The notes under the pieces were generated by a model that had not been told where the DNA came from, made no database searches, and saw only the letters and a program-made list of their open reading frames with translations. Below, one piece after another: positions 37,831 through 48,431 of a stretch of 64,000 nt of DNA. Within the stretch, counting starts at the first letter, position 1. Each line of letters starts with the position of its first letter. A program made the position numbers and the translations under genes. Location: assembly GCA_965261485.1 (NCBI GenBank), contig CBDHCY010000005.1, positions 565,763-629,762 of the forward strand, read 5' to 3'. The stretch is from Leptospiria bacterium (GTDB taxonomy: Bacteria > Spirochaetota > Leptospiria > Turneriellales > CBDBES01).

Positions 37831-39412
37831 TTTTTTGTTGGAATATTGTTTTCATTTCTTGAATATTTTCAATTTTTATAGCAAAAGCTAAAAAAACATA
37901 CCAAACGAGAGCTAATATAATAATAATTAACAAGAGTGCATGCTTGTTTAGTGAGATGAGAGGAGAAAAATATTTTGTGAAGATTAAAAAAACGCATAGA
38001 AAGATATTAATAACTATAAGTTTTATAAAACTTTTATAATAACCTCTAAATATTTTTTTTATAGACATTTTTCTACAGATAAGAACCCAGTAAATTATAA
38101 CTCCGATATATGCCGCCATAGAAGAGCCTAATGCTAAACCTCCATGCTTTAAATAGGGCATCAAACTTAGGCTAAAAATAATATTTAATATTAAAATAAA
38201 ACTTGCAATTAAGGCTGGTTGCTTAGTATTATGTTGTGCATAAAAAGAAGAACTCAATATTTTTTGAATTCCATAGGCAGAAACTCCTAATGCATAATAC
38301 TTTAAAGCTATCGCAGTAATTCTTGTAGATTCTTTGTTAAATTCTCCCCGTTCAAATATAAGCGATATAATTTCTTCTGAATAAATAAAGAGTCCGATAC
38401 TTGCTGGTAACATAAAAAAAAGGAGAAGACGAATGGATAAGATAAGGCTATTTATAAAATCTTTATTTAAATTATTGGCAAACTGTTGAGAGAAAAGTGG
38501 CATTACTGCTGTATTAATGGCGACAGCAAAAATTCCCATAGGAAACTGAATGAGTCTCTGGGCATAGGTGAGTGCAGCAACGGCTCCTGGTATTTCATCT
38601 CTAAGGCTGGTTGCGAGATAAACATCTACCAATAAATTAATTTGTTGAATTGCTGTACCAAATATTGCTGGTAACATTAAAACAAAGAGACTTTTAATAA
38701 TGGGGTGCGTTATTTTATATGAAAATCCAAAATATAATTGATTTTTTTTAAGTACCCAGCTTTGAAATAAAAATTGAGTAACAGAAGAAAATAAAACAAT
38801 GTATCCAAAAGTATAAATATCTTTAGATACTATTTCTGCATTTGATTCACGTATTAAAAAAAAATAAGCGGCGAATAAAATAACAACAATACAATTAACG
38901 AGCACTGGACCAAATGCTCCCGACCAAAATATATTATGACTATATTGGATAGTTGTATAAATAGCTGAAATGCTAATAAAAATAAGATAAGGAAATAATA
39001 TTCTAGAAAGGTGAATTGTTAAAAGAGTATTTTGATTGATAACGTCTGGATCATTCATTAAGATAGGGAGTAATTTTGGCAATAAAAACCAAGCTATAAC
39101 GGAAAGTATGCTAAGAATAATAATCATAAAAGTACTGAGAGATTTTAGGGCGGAGAAAGCATTTTTTTTGTGTTTATATTTTTCATAAATGGGGAGAAGT
39201 GCTTGTGTCATAGCACCTTCTGCAGATAAGTTACGAAACATATTAGGTATACGAAAAGCTATATCAAAAGCTATTGCAAAAGGTCCCGTACCAAAAATAA
39301 AAGATCTCAAAAGATCACGTGAAAGTCCGACAACACGTGATAGAGTCGTTAAAAAAGAAAAAGTAGAAGTATTTTTTATAATTATTTGTTGAGAGTCAGT
39401 CGTTTTACTCAT
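37811..39412 (-). CDS. murJ: Lipid II flippase
   Basis: LSRVVGLSRD, AFRIPNMFRNLSAEGA, YAQRLIQFPMG, FERGEF. Confidence 0.95.
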   Translation of the reverse strand: MSKTTDSQQIIIKNTSTFSFLTTLSRVVGLSRDLLRSFIFGTGPFAIAFDIAFRIPNMFRNLSAEGAMTQALLPIYEKYKHKKNAFSALKSLSTFMIIILSILSVIAWFLLPKLLPILMNDPDVINQNTLLTIHLSRILFPYLIFISISAIYTTIQYSHNIFWSGAFGPVLVNCIVVILFAAYFFLIRESNAEIVSKDIYTFGYIVLFSSVTQFLFQSWVLKKNQLYFGFSYKITHPIIKSLFVLMLPAIFGTAIQQINLLVDVYLATSLRDEIPGAVAALTYAQRLIQFPMGIFAVAINTAVMPLFSQQFANNLNKDFINSLILSIRLLLFFMLPASIGLFIYSEEIISLIFERGEFNKESTRITAIALKYYALGVSAYGIQKILSSSFYAQHNTKQPALIASFILILNIIFSLSLMPYLKHGGLALGSSMAAYIGVIIYWVLICRKMSIKKIFRGYYKSFIKLIVINIFLCVFLIFTKYFSPLISLNKHALLLIIIILALVWYVFLAFAIKIENIQEMKTIFQQKIKRILS

Positions 39413-39667
39413 AATATTTTTTAGATATAATAAAGAATGCTTTTAATGCAGAGATAATTTGACAAGACAATAGTCCGTAGAGTTGTTACAAAACGTCGAG
39501 AATATGATTCTCAACTATTGTTCACTTTAAAATATTTCTAAAGACAATTTTATTTTAGAGATTAGGTATACGAAGAGCTGATGCTAAAATATTAAGTGAA
39601 TTAGCTATCCCACAGATTATTTTCTATGCGTACAATTAAACGATTAATTCCTTTTTTGTAAAGGTAT

Positions 39668-39718
39668 AACCTCAATTTTAAATTATAAGAAGTTATAGAG
39701 GTTAAATTTATTGAGGTT
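39668..39718. terminator. Inverted repeat downstream of catalase, possible terminator
   Basis: AACCTCAAT ... ATTGAGGTT arms just past the catalase stop. Confidence 0.3.
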
Positions 39719-39740
39719 TGTGCTAATAATTTGAAAATAT

Positions 39741-41174
39741 TTATTTATTTTCAAGTGCCCTTTTTACACCTGCACCATAAGCAGGGTCAGCCTTTGAACA
39801 GTTTTCAATATGACGTTTTTGAATATCAATTGATGCACCACCAACCGACCTAGCGGTATTATCAAATAATGCTTCTTTTTGCTCAGTATTCATCAATCGA
39901 AATAGATTACCAGGTTGTGAATAATAATCATTGTCTTCACGGTGATCCCAATGAGCTGCAGCTCCTGATAAATTCAAAGGAGGTTCAGAATAAGTTGGTT
40001 GTTCTTGCCATTCATCTTTACTGTTTGGCTCATAACCAACGGTACCACCAAAGTTACCATCAACACGCATAGAACCATCACGATGATAACTATGAACAGG
40101 ACAGCGAGGTGCATTTACAGGTATCTGTTGATGGTTTACACCCAAGCGATAACGTTGCGCATCACCATAAGCAAACAAGCGACCTTGTAACATTTTATCT
40201 GGGGAAAATCCAATACCTGGAACAATACTTGCCGGATTAAATGCTGATTGCTCAACCTCTGCAAAGAAGTTTTCAGGATTTTTATTCAATTCCATTTTAC
40301 CCACTTCAATTAGGGGGTAATCTTTGTGTGGCCAAATTTTAGTAAGATCAAATGGATTGTACGGTGAACTATTTGCCTGTTCTTCTGTCATGACTTGAAT
40401 TTTTAAAATCCAAGAAGGATTATCTTGCCTTTCAATTGCATTGTATAAATCTGCTTGATGACTCTCTCTATCTTTACCAACCACTGCCTCTGCTTCTTGA
40501 TCAGTTAAGTTTTTAATACCCTGATTTGATTTAAAATGAAATTTAACCCAAATACGTTTATTCTTTTCGTTGATCAAGCTAAATGTATGACTAGCAAATC
40601 CATGCATATGCCGATAGGTAGCGGGAAGCCCCCTATCGCTCATAACTATGGTCACTTGATGTAGAGCTTCAGGAAGAGATGTCCAAAAATCCCAATTATT
40701 TTGTGCACTACGCAGATTTGTACGTGGATCTCGCTTTACTGCATGATTAAGATCAGGAAATTTTAGTGGATCACGCAAGAAAAAAACGGGAGTGTTATTA
40801 CCAACCATATCCCAGTTACCTTCTTCTGTGTAGAATTTAACCGCAAAGCCTCGGATATCTCGCTCGGCATCAGCAGCACCACGTTCACCAGCAACTGTTG
40901 TAAATCGAGCGAATAAATCAGTTTCCTTACCAATTTTAGAAAATATTTTTGCTTTTGTATATTTTGTGATATCATGAGTGACAGTAAATATTCCATAAGC
41001 ACCTGAACCTTTTGCGTGCATGCGTCGTTCAGGTATTACCTCTCGATCAAAATGTGCCATTTTTTCTAAAAACCAAGGGTCCTGTAACAATTGAGGTCCC
41101 CTTGGACCAGCAGTCATGACATTTTGATTATTTGATACAGGACAACCTGCATTTGTAGTAAGTTTTTTACCCAT
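39741..41174 (-). CDS. katA: Monofunctional small-subunit heme catalase
   Basis: [15 protein letters not shown] (catalytic His), [23 protein letters not shown] (heme Tyr). Confidence 0.97.
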   Translation of the reverse strand: MGKKLTTNAGCPVSNNQNVMTAGPRGPQLLQDPWFLEKMAHFDREVIPERRMHAKGSGAYGIFTVTHDITKYTKAKIFSKIGKETDLFARFTTVAGERGAADAERDIRGFAVKFYTEEGNWDMVGNNTPVFFLRDPLKFPDLNHAVKRDPRTNLRSAQNNWDFWTSLPEALHQVTIVMSDRGLPATYRHMHGFASHTFSLINEKNKRIWVKFHFKSNQGIKNLTDQEAEAVVGKDRESHQADLYNAIERQDNPSWILKIQVMTEEQANSSPYNPFDLTKIWPHKDYPLIEVGKMELNKNPENFFAEVEQSAFNPASIVPGIGFSPDKMLQGRLFAYGDAQRYRLGVNHQQIPVNAPRCPVHSYHRDGSMRVDGNFGGTVGYEPNSKDEWQEQPTYSEPPLNLSGAAAHWDHREDNDYYSQPGNLFRLMNTEQKEALFDNTARSVGGASIDIQKRHIENCSKADPAYGAGVKRALENK

Positions 41175-41185
41175 AGTAGGTCATG

Positions 41186-41203
41186 TGAGTAAATATTCTC
41201 ATT
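41186..41203 (-). promoter_or_regulatory. Fur/PerR-like box upstream of catalase
   Basis: Minus strand AATGAGAATATTTACTCA directly after a TTGACT hexamer (41205-41210). Confidence 0.4.
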
Positions 41204-41225
41204 TAGTCAATTTTTTTTAATTAAT

Positions 41226-41261
41226 TAAGTCAACTATATTTTTAAAAATATAGTTGACTTA
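41226..41261. repeat. Perfect 36-bp palindrome in the katA/dsbA divergent spacer
   Basis: TAAGTCAACTATATTTTT|AAAAATATAGTTGACTTA. Confidence 0.9.
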
Positions 41262-41316
41262 TTGCACCTTTAAATAGAAACTTGATATAGACTATCAATG
41301 TGAGTGGAGTTATCGA

Positions 41317-42330
41317 ATGAAAAATGTATCTAAATATTTAGTAGGTTATGGTGTACTTTGCCTTTTTCTCTTTGCATGTAAAAAAAATAAAGTGGTTTTG
41401 TTTAATGGTGGCTATGTTTCTTCTGAAGAAATTATTAAAAAAGCAGGACCTGAATTATTTCGACTTAAACAACAAGAGTATGAGGTGACATCAAAAATTT
41501 CCAGAAAAATTGCTATGGAAAAAATTATTGAGCTTGAAGCCAAAAAGAAAAAAGTGAGTAAAGAAAGACTAATAAAAACTTATGTTGATAAAAATTTCCA
41601 GCCTCCAAAAGAACAAATGTTGCAAGAATTTTATAAATATAATAAACAAGTGCTTAATAAATCATTTACTGCTGCTTACGATGAAATTTACGCTCAAGCA
41701 GTTGGGTATATTAAAGGAAACTTAAAAAATAAATATTATCAAGAACTTAGTAATAATTATAATCTTAAAATAACCTTAGATGCACCTGTTCCACCTTCCA
41801 TTGTGATTGAAGTAAAAAAGGAACCCTCTTTAGGTAATCTTAATGCTAAAGTTGTTATTGTTGAATATTCAGACTTTGAGTGTCCCTATTGTAAAAAAAT
41901 GCAATTGGATGCTCAAAGAATTCGCCTCGAATATAAAGATAAAATAAGATGGGTATTTAAAGACTTTCCTTTGAGTTTTCATCAAAAGGCAAGAAAAGCT
42001 CATATTGCGGCAAACTGTGCTGATCAGCAAAAAAAGTATAAGCAATACCAAGAAAAAATTTTTACTGAAGGATTTAATTTGTCAGAGCCTAACTTGATTA
42101 AATTGGCGAGTGATATTAATTTGAATCAATTGCAATTTCAAACGTGTCTTGCTGACAAGAATGGTGATCTCTCTAAAGAAATTGATGAAGATATTGAAGT
42201 TGGATCTGCAAATGGTGTGGGAGGTACTCCTACTTTGTTTGTTAATGGTAAAATATCGCCAAAATTTATTTCGTATAGTGCTATGAAAAAAATTTTAGAC
42301 AAAGAACTAACGTTGGCTGGAGTTAATTGA
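41317..42330 (+). CDS. DsbA-family thioredoxin-fold lipoprotein
   Basis: Lipobox FLFA-C; EYSDFECPYC, KDFPLSFH, GGTPT (cis-Pro loop). Confidence 0.9.
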   Translation: MKNVSKYLVGYGVLCLFLFACKKNKVVLFNGGYVSSEEIIKKAGPELFRLKQQEYEVTSKISRKIAMEKIIELEAKKKKVSKERLIKTYVDKNFQPPKEQMLQEFYKYNKQVLNKSFTAAYDEIYAQAVGYIKGNLKNKYYQELSNNYNLKITLDAPVPPSIVIEVKKEPSLGNLNAKVVIVEYSDFECPYCKKMQLDAQRIRLEYKDKIRWVFKDFPLSFHQKARKAHIAANCADQQKKYKQYQEKIFTEGFNLSEPNLIKLASDINLNQLQFQTCLADKNGDLSKEIDEDIEVGSANGVGGTPTLFVNGKISPKFISYSAMKKILDKELTLAGVN

Positions 42331-42382
42331 TCTCTTAGTTTTAAAATTATTTTTTTATCAAAACTATCTTAATCATTTTTTT

Positions 42383-43171
42383 GTGAAACTAACCATTTTG
42401 GGTAGTGGTACCTCTACTGGTGTTCCTTTAATTGCTTGCTCTTGTAGAGTGTGCTTATCTAATAACCCAAAAGACCGTAGACGAAGAGCCTCTATCTTAA
42501 TTGAAAATGAAACTAAAAATATTATAATTGATACAGGTCCTGATTTTAGAGAGCAAATATTAGAAAAAGATATAAAACAACTTACATTTGTTCTATATAC
42601 ACATTATCATTATGATCATATCGGTGGTCTAAACGACTTACGCCCTTTTTCTTTTTATAATGGAGGTCAAATTACTTGTTGGTGTAATAAGCAAACTCAT
42701 GATGAAATTCAGCGTTTGTATCCATACGTTTTTACAAAAAAAATTTCAAGGCAAGTTAACCTTAATATCAAAACTTATGCTTTTAGTGATAATAATATAT
42801 ATAAAAATTTTATAATAGAAGGAATCTTAATTCAACCAATTCGCTTAATTCATATTCCATCAACTAAAATGGAATGTGTTGGTTTTGTATTTAATCATAA
42901 AGTAGGTTATTTAACTGACTTTAAATTTATTTTACCAGAATATGAACCTTTTTTATACAACTTAGAAACATTAATCCTTGGTTCACCTTTATATCTGGAA
43001 CATCCAAGTCACATTTCAATACCAGAAGCTTTTAGTCTAATCAAAAAATATAAACCAAAACGAGGAATTATCTCTCATTTAGGTCATGGTTACACACATC
43101 AGGAACTCTCAAACAAGTTTCACGATGGTGTGGTGCCAGCCTATGATGGTCTTTCTTTTGAATTTACTTAG
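42383..43171 (+). CDS. MBL-fold metallo-hydrolase (PhnP-like)
   Basis: LGSGTSTGVP, CSCRVC, IDTGPDFREQ, THYHYDH, HPSH, AYDG. Confidence 0.9.
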   Translation: MKLTILGSGTSTGVPLIACSCRVCLSNNPKDRRRRASILIENETKNIIIDTGPDFREQILEKDIKQLTFVLYTHYHYDHIGGLNDLRPFSFYNGGQITCWCNKQTHDEIQRLYPYVFTKKISRQVNLNIKTYAFSDNNIYKNFIIEGILIQPIRLIHIPSTKMECVGFVFNHKVGYLTDFKFILPEYEPFLYNLETLILGSPLYLEHPSHISIPEAFSLIKKYKPKRGIISHLGHGYTHQELSNKFHDGVVPAYDGLSFEFT

Positions 43172-44750
43172 TTCTTCGTCTGCGTACTTTCAACAGAATG
43201 ACTGATTTATTCTTATCATCATAAAATTTTTCTTGCTTAAATAAAATTTCTCCTTGAGAACCAAGATTGAATTGAGCTTTACCCAAAGATTCATTAAGGT
43301 TAATATATTTTTTTTTATTATTATTAGTTTTAATATTAATAGACGCATCATTAACTGTGATAACATAGTTTTCGTCTATAAAAGGGATAATACAATTAAA
43401 TGGATTATCCCTTTTTCCTAAAAAAAGCTTCTGTGGTTCTGTAACCACTAAAACTAACTCTTTCAAAACCTCGCTAGATTTTATATAATTAAAAATTTTT
43501 TTGCGTTTTCTTTTAAAAATAAATATTATAATACATAATACGAAAAATAAAATTAATACTTTCTGTTGGAAATAAGTAAAAAGCCAATTTAATTGATTAC
43601 CGGCAAATAAGTATGGCTTAAATTTAAGTGAAAATTCTTTTAAAATAGAGTTTCCACTTTTTATTTGTAAAACACCTGATAGAGAATCATTCTTTCTACC
43701 GAGAACTGCTAGATCAATCATGTAATCATCTTTTGGCTTTAATTGATATGGATTTTTTTTATATTTAGGATATAGAAAAAATATTTTTGAAGTATCGTTC
43801 CAAGACCATCTTTGACTATGAGAAAAAATTGTAGGTGGCTTACCTTTTATTTGCTTTACTTTGATTGAAAAATTTAAATTTTTAATTTTCATGTCAGATT
43901 TAATATGAATTTTATTCTCTATAATTTTTTTAGATTCATAAAAAACTAAAATTGTTTTGGGAATTAATTTTAAATTTATTTTAGGATAAATAATTTTATA
44001 AATCACTTCTTCTTGGCTATTTAAGTTTCTAAATAGACAGTAAAATAAAGATTTATGTTTGACTACTTGAGCAGGGGGGGGTAATTTTAATCTATAATAA
44101 AATTTTTGATTTTTAGTAGGATAAAAATCAATCTTATCAAGTTTCTGATAGGATAGACATTTGCTTATTACCTTGGTAGTCTTTTTTTTAAAATTAAGAA
44201 TCAATCTATTATTAGTACGATCATAATCAAATTTATAGGTTTGATACCTCACCGTTGGTCTTAAGGTCTTTATTAATTCCTCAGTATCTTTCATAAAGGT
44301 AATATCTTTTATATGTTTTAAAAAAAGATAATAAAATTTTTTAGCAACAAAATTTGATCCATATAAATAAAATTTAACAGAATTTAATGAACGTTTATCA
44401 AGATTTTTTTTTACTTCAGATATATTTTTGTAATAATTAATAAATGTAGCATAATTATGATAACTTAAGAAAACATATATTTTAAAAAATGTATGTTTTC
44501 TTTGAGATAATGAGATCAAATCAGAAATATTTGTAAAGGATTCTGTAATAATTTTAGTTTTATTTTTTGCACTTAACAATTTGATTATTTTTTTATTAAA
44601 TCGATGATCTTTATTATCTTTTAATTCTATTTTAGAAAGAACTAAAATAGAATTTTGAGTCTTCTTTTTTTGTGTTTTTGATTCAATCGAGTCGAGTAAG
44701 AATAACAGGGTAAGAATTTTAAAGAAGAACATAAAATATTTTTTCAGCAT
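43164..44750 (-). CDS. Hypothetical Lys-rich membrane-anchored protein
   Basis: Signal-like N-terminus, one TM near residue 400 followed by KRKRKK. Confidence 0.55.
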   Translation of the reverse strand: MLKKYFMFFFKILTLLFLLDSIESKTQKKKTQNSILVLSKIELKDNKDHRFNKKIIKLLSAKNKTKIITESFTNISDLISLSQRKHTFFKIYVFLSYHNYATFINYYKNISEVKKNLDKRSLNSVKFYLYGSNFVAKKFYYLFLKHIKDITFMKDTEELIKTLRPTVRYQTYKFDYDRTNNRLILNFKKKTTKVISKCLSYQKLDKIDFYPTKNQKFYYRLKLPPPAQVVKHKSLFYCLFRNLNSQEEVIYKIIYPKINLKLIPKTILVFYESKKIIENKIHIKSDMKIKNLNFSIKVKQIKGKPPTIFSHSQRWSWNDTSKIFFLYPKYKKNPYQLKPKDDYMIDLAVLGRKNDSLSGVLQIKSGNSILKEFSLKFKPYLFAGNQLNWLFTYFQQKVLILFFVLCIIIFIFKRKRKKIFNYIKSSEVLKELVLVVTEPQKLFLGKRDNPFNCIIPFIDENYVITVNDASINIKTNNNKKKYINLNESLGKAQFNLGSQGEILFKQEKFYDDKNKSVILLKVRRRRTK

Positions 44751-44772
44751 AATTTCTATTTTATTATCGTTA

Positions 44773-45231
44773 TTATAGAGGTGTTTTCTTGAAAAGAATA
44801 TTGTTATTTAGATTTTCTTTATTTGTTAAATATCGTACCATCGTTAATATTGTACTGTATTCATCCGAAGTATCATAATTCAAGTAATCTACAAAAGTTT
44901 CCATAAGATGAAGCCCTAAGCCAGAATTTCTATATTCATCAAGTGGATGTGCTAAAATTTTAGAGCGAACGACTTTGATTCCTGAATCTTTGATATAAAG
45001 CTCAATATAGTCTTTAAAATTGCGAAACTCTACAGTAATAATTGAATATATAGATTTATGATAAGCATGTTGAATAATATTTCGTAGTGCTTCATTAAAA
45101 GCCACTCCTATTTGACGAGCTTCTTCTTTATTAAATCCCATATCAAGTGTAAAAAAAAAGAGATATTTTCTCATAAAACGTACATATTTTATTTGTGAAA
45201 AAAAAGTATGCCTTGATGAAAGTTGACTCAC
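44773..45231 (-). CDS. RsbW/SpoIIAB-type anti-sigma factor (HATPase_c_2)
   Basis: AFNEALRNIIQHAY, IKDSG, SGLGLHLMETFVD. Confidence 0.85.
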   Translation of the reverse strand: MSQLSSRHTFFSQIKYVRFMRKYLFFFTLDMGFNKEEARQIGVAFNEALRNIIQHAYHKSIYSIITVEFRNFKDYIELYIKDSGIKVVRSKILAHPLDEYRNSGLGLHLMETFVDYLNYDTSDEYSTILTMVRYLTNKENLNNNILFKKTPL

Positions 45232-46533
45232 CTATAATGGACAACTACAAGTAGAGATATCTAAGTCGACAGTTGAAGAGGCTGATACTATTATTTCTTT
45301 TTTACAAAGACGAAAAGATTCTGGAAATCCGTCTTTACCACTTTCCACACCAAATTGAGTGTTCATAAGACGGTCTTGAGTGATATAAAGATCATAGCTT
45401 CCAGGTGGTAAATTATTAATTTCCTCTGTACTACTTTGATATTTTGTTGCTGCAAAAGGAAGTTTATCTGTTTTAAATGAAACTCCACTGGGTAACACAG
45501 CAAAATAAGAAAGTCCATGGGTTTCTCCAGGACCTCCAAGACAAACAGTGCCTCTTTTAGTAATCAATAAATTACTTCGCTCGTCATTAAAATATTTTCG
45601 GGTGCTTATTAAGATATTACCTCCTAAACGATAATAGTTTTCAGGTTTTTGTTTTTTATCACCAAAAATCGCCTCTTTGTGATCATCAAAAGTATGATTC
45701 ATTAACCAATCAGAAGGACCTATAAAAACAAGACGTTCCTTTGATTGAGTATCAAACCAAATATGATTCATCATTAAATTTTTTAAAAAAATACGTATTT
45801 CTAGGGTATAAGGTCTTTCACTTGCATCAATGTTGATATTTAAATTTTTATCTATCAGAGGGACAATGCGAGAGTCTTGTTTACTAGTATCATCTTTTAA
45901 AGTGTATTCATAAAAATTTGAAATATTGACTCCTTTGATATTTTTATTATCAAAAAAATTAAGAGGATCTATAATTTTATTTAAAGAATTGTATCTATTG
46001 CTAGGTGAAGTTAGAATATTTCGAAGATAAAAACTTAATGTTTGATAACTCCCTTCTGCGATGTCATCAGTTTTTAGTGTAAGACCTTCTTTAAAAAAAT
46101 TATTTAAATTTTGTATTCCATTTTTTAGCTGACACGTTTTAAGATTTGTACCATCTTCAGCAACGCTACGAGGACAAAGTACCATTCTTTCTCTGAAAAA
46201 AAATGACCAATCACTATCAATTGTTTCACTTGCTTGTTTGTTCAGAGTAGAAAGACCAATATTTGCAAAATCAAAGTAAAAATTAAATTTTTTTATATCA
46301 ATAGGCTGATTTATTGAGGAAGATTGCGAACTTAAAGAATCATTTTGATATATTTCACTCCACTCGTGAGGATTATTGGTTTCGTAGGTTCCTTTTAAAA
46401 TTAATTGCATCCTTGTATTAATTAAATGAGACAGTACAGCTTGATTATCACAGGATGCTACAGATAATCCCCCCAAAAAAATAAAAATAAATATCTTAAA
46501 TTGCTTTAAAATAATATTACCATTAATTAACAT
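45232..46533 (-). CDS. Putative surface lipoprotein, leptospiral type
   Basis: Lipobox SVAS-C, LILKGTY, several Cys; family not established. Confidence 0.55.
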   Translation of the reverse strand: MLINGNIILKQFKIFIFIFLGGLSVASCDNQAVLSHLINTRMQLILKGTYETNNPHEWSEIYQNDSLSSQSSSINQPIDIKKFNFYFDFANIGLSTLNKQASETIDSDWSFFFRERMVLCPRSVAEDGTNLKTCQLKNGIQNLNNFFKEGLTLKTDDIAEGSYQTLSFYLRNILTSPSNRYNSLNKIIDPLNFFDNKNIKGVNISNFYEYTLKDDTSKQDSRIVPLIDKNLNINIDASERPYTLEIRIFLKNLMMNHIWFDTQSKERLVFIGPSDWLMNHTFDDHKEAIFGDKKQKPENYYRLGGNILISTRKYFNDERSNLLITKRGTVCLGGPGETHGLSYFAVLPSGVSFKTDKLPFAATKYQSSTEEINNLPPGSYDLYITQDRLMNTQFGVESGKDGFPESFRLCKKEIIVSASSTVDLDISTCSCPL

Positions 46534-47119
46534 TAAAATTAACCATAAGACCTAGACTTATAAAATGACCATTATGGAGTACAAAATTTGGATTATCAAT
46601 GGGAGGTGATAGATAGCTCTCAATGGTAAAATAATAATTAATTTGTATTCCAATCTCTACAACTTTGCCAGCTGGAAAAGACATTTCAAAACCAGAAAAC
46701 AAAGCCGGATGAATTGCCTTATTCTTTTCTGGAAAATTTGAAATATAATCAAACCCAAAGCCTAATTTTATTTGAAATAATAATGGTAAATCAATAGGAA
46801 GGGAATAACTCTCTGCTATATAAGTAGGTATTGAAGTTAAGGTTGCCTCACCATCAGAAGTATAATAGTGGATAGAAGAACCAATTTCTGTTCTAAAAGT
46901 ATTATTAGGTAAATTAATACGAAAAAATAGTCCACCTCCCAAGCTTGTATTGAGTTTATCTGCCAAGTTTGTACCAGGGAATACTAGTGTTGGTCCGAAA
47001 CAAATACCTATTTCAGATTTTATTTTACTTTCATATAACTCAAATTGAGCAAATAAGGGTAATGAAAAGATAAAACTTACAATACCAATAAATTTAATAA
47101 TATAATTATAACCGCACAT
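46523..47119 (-). CDS. Putative small outer-membrane beta-barrel protein
   Basis: Signal peptide ending PLFA; alternating hydrophobic strands; C-terminal FISLGLMVNF. Confidence 0.55.
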   Translation of the reverse strand: MCGYNYIIKFIGIVSFIFSLPLFAQFELYESKIKSEIGICFGPTLVFPGTNLADKLNTSLGGGLFFRINLPNNTFRTEIGSSIHYYTSDGEATLTSIPTYIAESYSLPIDLPLLFQIKLGFGFDYISNFPEKNKAIHPALFSGFEMSFPAGKVVEIGIQINYYFTIESYLSPPIDNPNFVLHNGHFISLGLMVNFNVN

Positions 47120-47228
47120 TTTAGTATGAAATATGATGTGACAATAAGAGATACTTTGAAAAGTATTTTTTGTTGTCAACCAAAGAAGAATATAAAACAA
47201 ACCCACCCTAAGGGCTGGAAGTTTATTG

Positions 47229-48431
47229 ATGAAGAAAATTGTTTTGGCATATTCAGGCGGTTTAGATACATCGGTTATTATCCACTGGATTAAAGAGAAG
47301 TATAATTGTGAATTAATTGCTTATTGTGCTGACCTCGGACAAAATGAAGATTTATCAGGTTTAAAAGCAAAAGCAATAAAAACAGGGGCATCTATTTGCT
47401 ACGTTATAGATCTACAAAAAGAATTTATAGAAGATTATGTTTTTCCAATGTTGCGTTCTTCAGGTATCTATGAAATGCGTTATCTTATGGGAACGGCCAT
47501 TGCTCGCCCCTTAATTGCAAAGAAGCAAGTAGAAATTGCTCTAAAAGAAGGAGCTGATGCCTTGGCTCATGGAGCTACAGGTAAAGGCAACGATCAAGTT
47601 CGCTTTGAATTTACTAGTATGAGCTTGGCCCCTGATTTAAAAATTATCTCTCCATGGAGAGAATGGTCATTTGAAGGAAGATCTGATCTTATAAACTATG
47701 CTCGTGAAAAGAATATTCCGATTGAAATTACTCCAGAAAAACCTTATTCAATAGATGCAAATTTATTTCATACTTCTTATGAAGGTGGTATTTTAGAAGA
47801 TCCCTTTCAAGAGCCTAAAAGTGATATGTTCTTAATGACTTGTTCTCCAGAGGAAGCTCCCAATAAACCAGAATATCTTGAAATTGGTTTTGAAAAAGGC
47901 AATCCAATATCTATCAATGGTCAACTACTTTCTCCTGTTGAATTATTAAAATCTCTAAATAAAATTGCTGGTCGTCACGGGGTTGGTAGAGTTGATATTG
48001 TAGAAAATCGTTTGATTGGCATTAAATCTCGTGGTGTGTATGAAACTCCAGGTGGAACTTTGATTCATCAGGCACATCGTGATCTTGAGTCGATTACTAT
48101 GGAAAAAGGTCTTCAACATCTTAAAGATGACCTTAGTTTAAAATATGCTCGCCTTATTTATAATGGTCAATGGTTTTCTCATGAAAGAGAAGCTCTTCAG
48201 ACTTTTATTGATAAAACTCAAGATTTTGTCCAAGGAATTGTTCGATTAAAGCTTTTTAAAGGTAGCTCTACCATTGTAGGTAGAAAATCTAAAAAATCAC
48301 TTTATGAGCGAGATTTAGCATCTTTTGAATCAGGAGAATTATATAATCAATTGGATGCACAAGGCTTTATTCGCTTATTTTCTCTTTCATCTAAAACATC
48401 TTATGGGCAAATGAATTTTAATAAATTATGA
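47229..48431 (+). CDS. argG: Argininosuccinate synthase
   Basis: LAYSGGLDTS, HGATGKGNDQVRFE, SRGVYETPG. Confidence 0.98.
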   Translation: MKKIVLAYSGGLDTSVIIHWIKEKYNCELIAYCADLGQNEDLSGLKAKAIKTGASICYVIDLQKEFIEDYVFPMLRSSGIYEMRYLMGTAIARPLIAKKQVEIALKEGADALAHGATGKGNDQVRFEFTSMSLAPDLKIISPWREWSFEGRSDLINYAREKNIPIEITPEKPYSIDANLFHTSYEGGILEDPFQEPKSDMFLMTCSPEEAPNKPEYLEIGFEKGNPISINGQLLSPVELLKSLNKIAGRHGVGRVDIVENRLIGIKSRGVYETPGGTLIHQAHRDLESITMEKGLQHLKDDLSLKYARLIYNGQWFSHEREALQTFIDKTQDFVQGIVRLKLFKGSSTIVGRKSKKSLYERDLASFESGELYNQLDAQGFIRLFSLSSKTSYGQMNFNKL

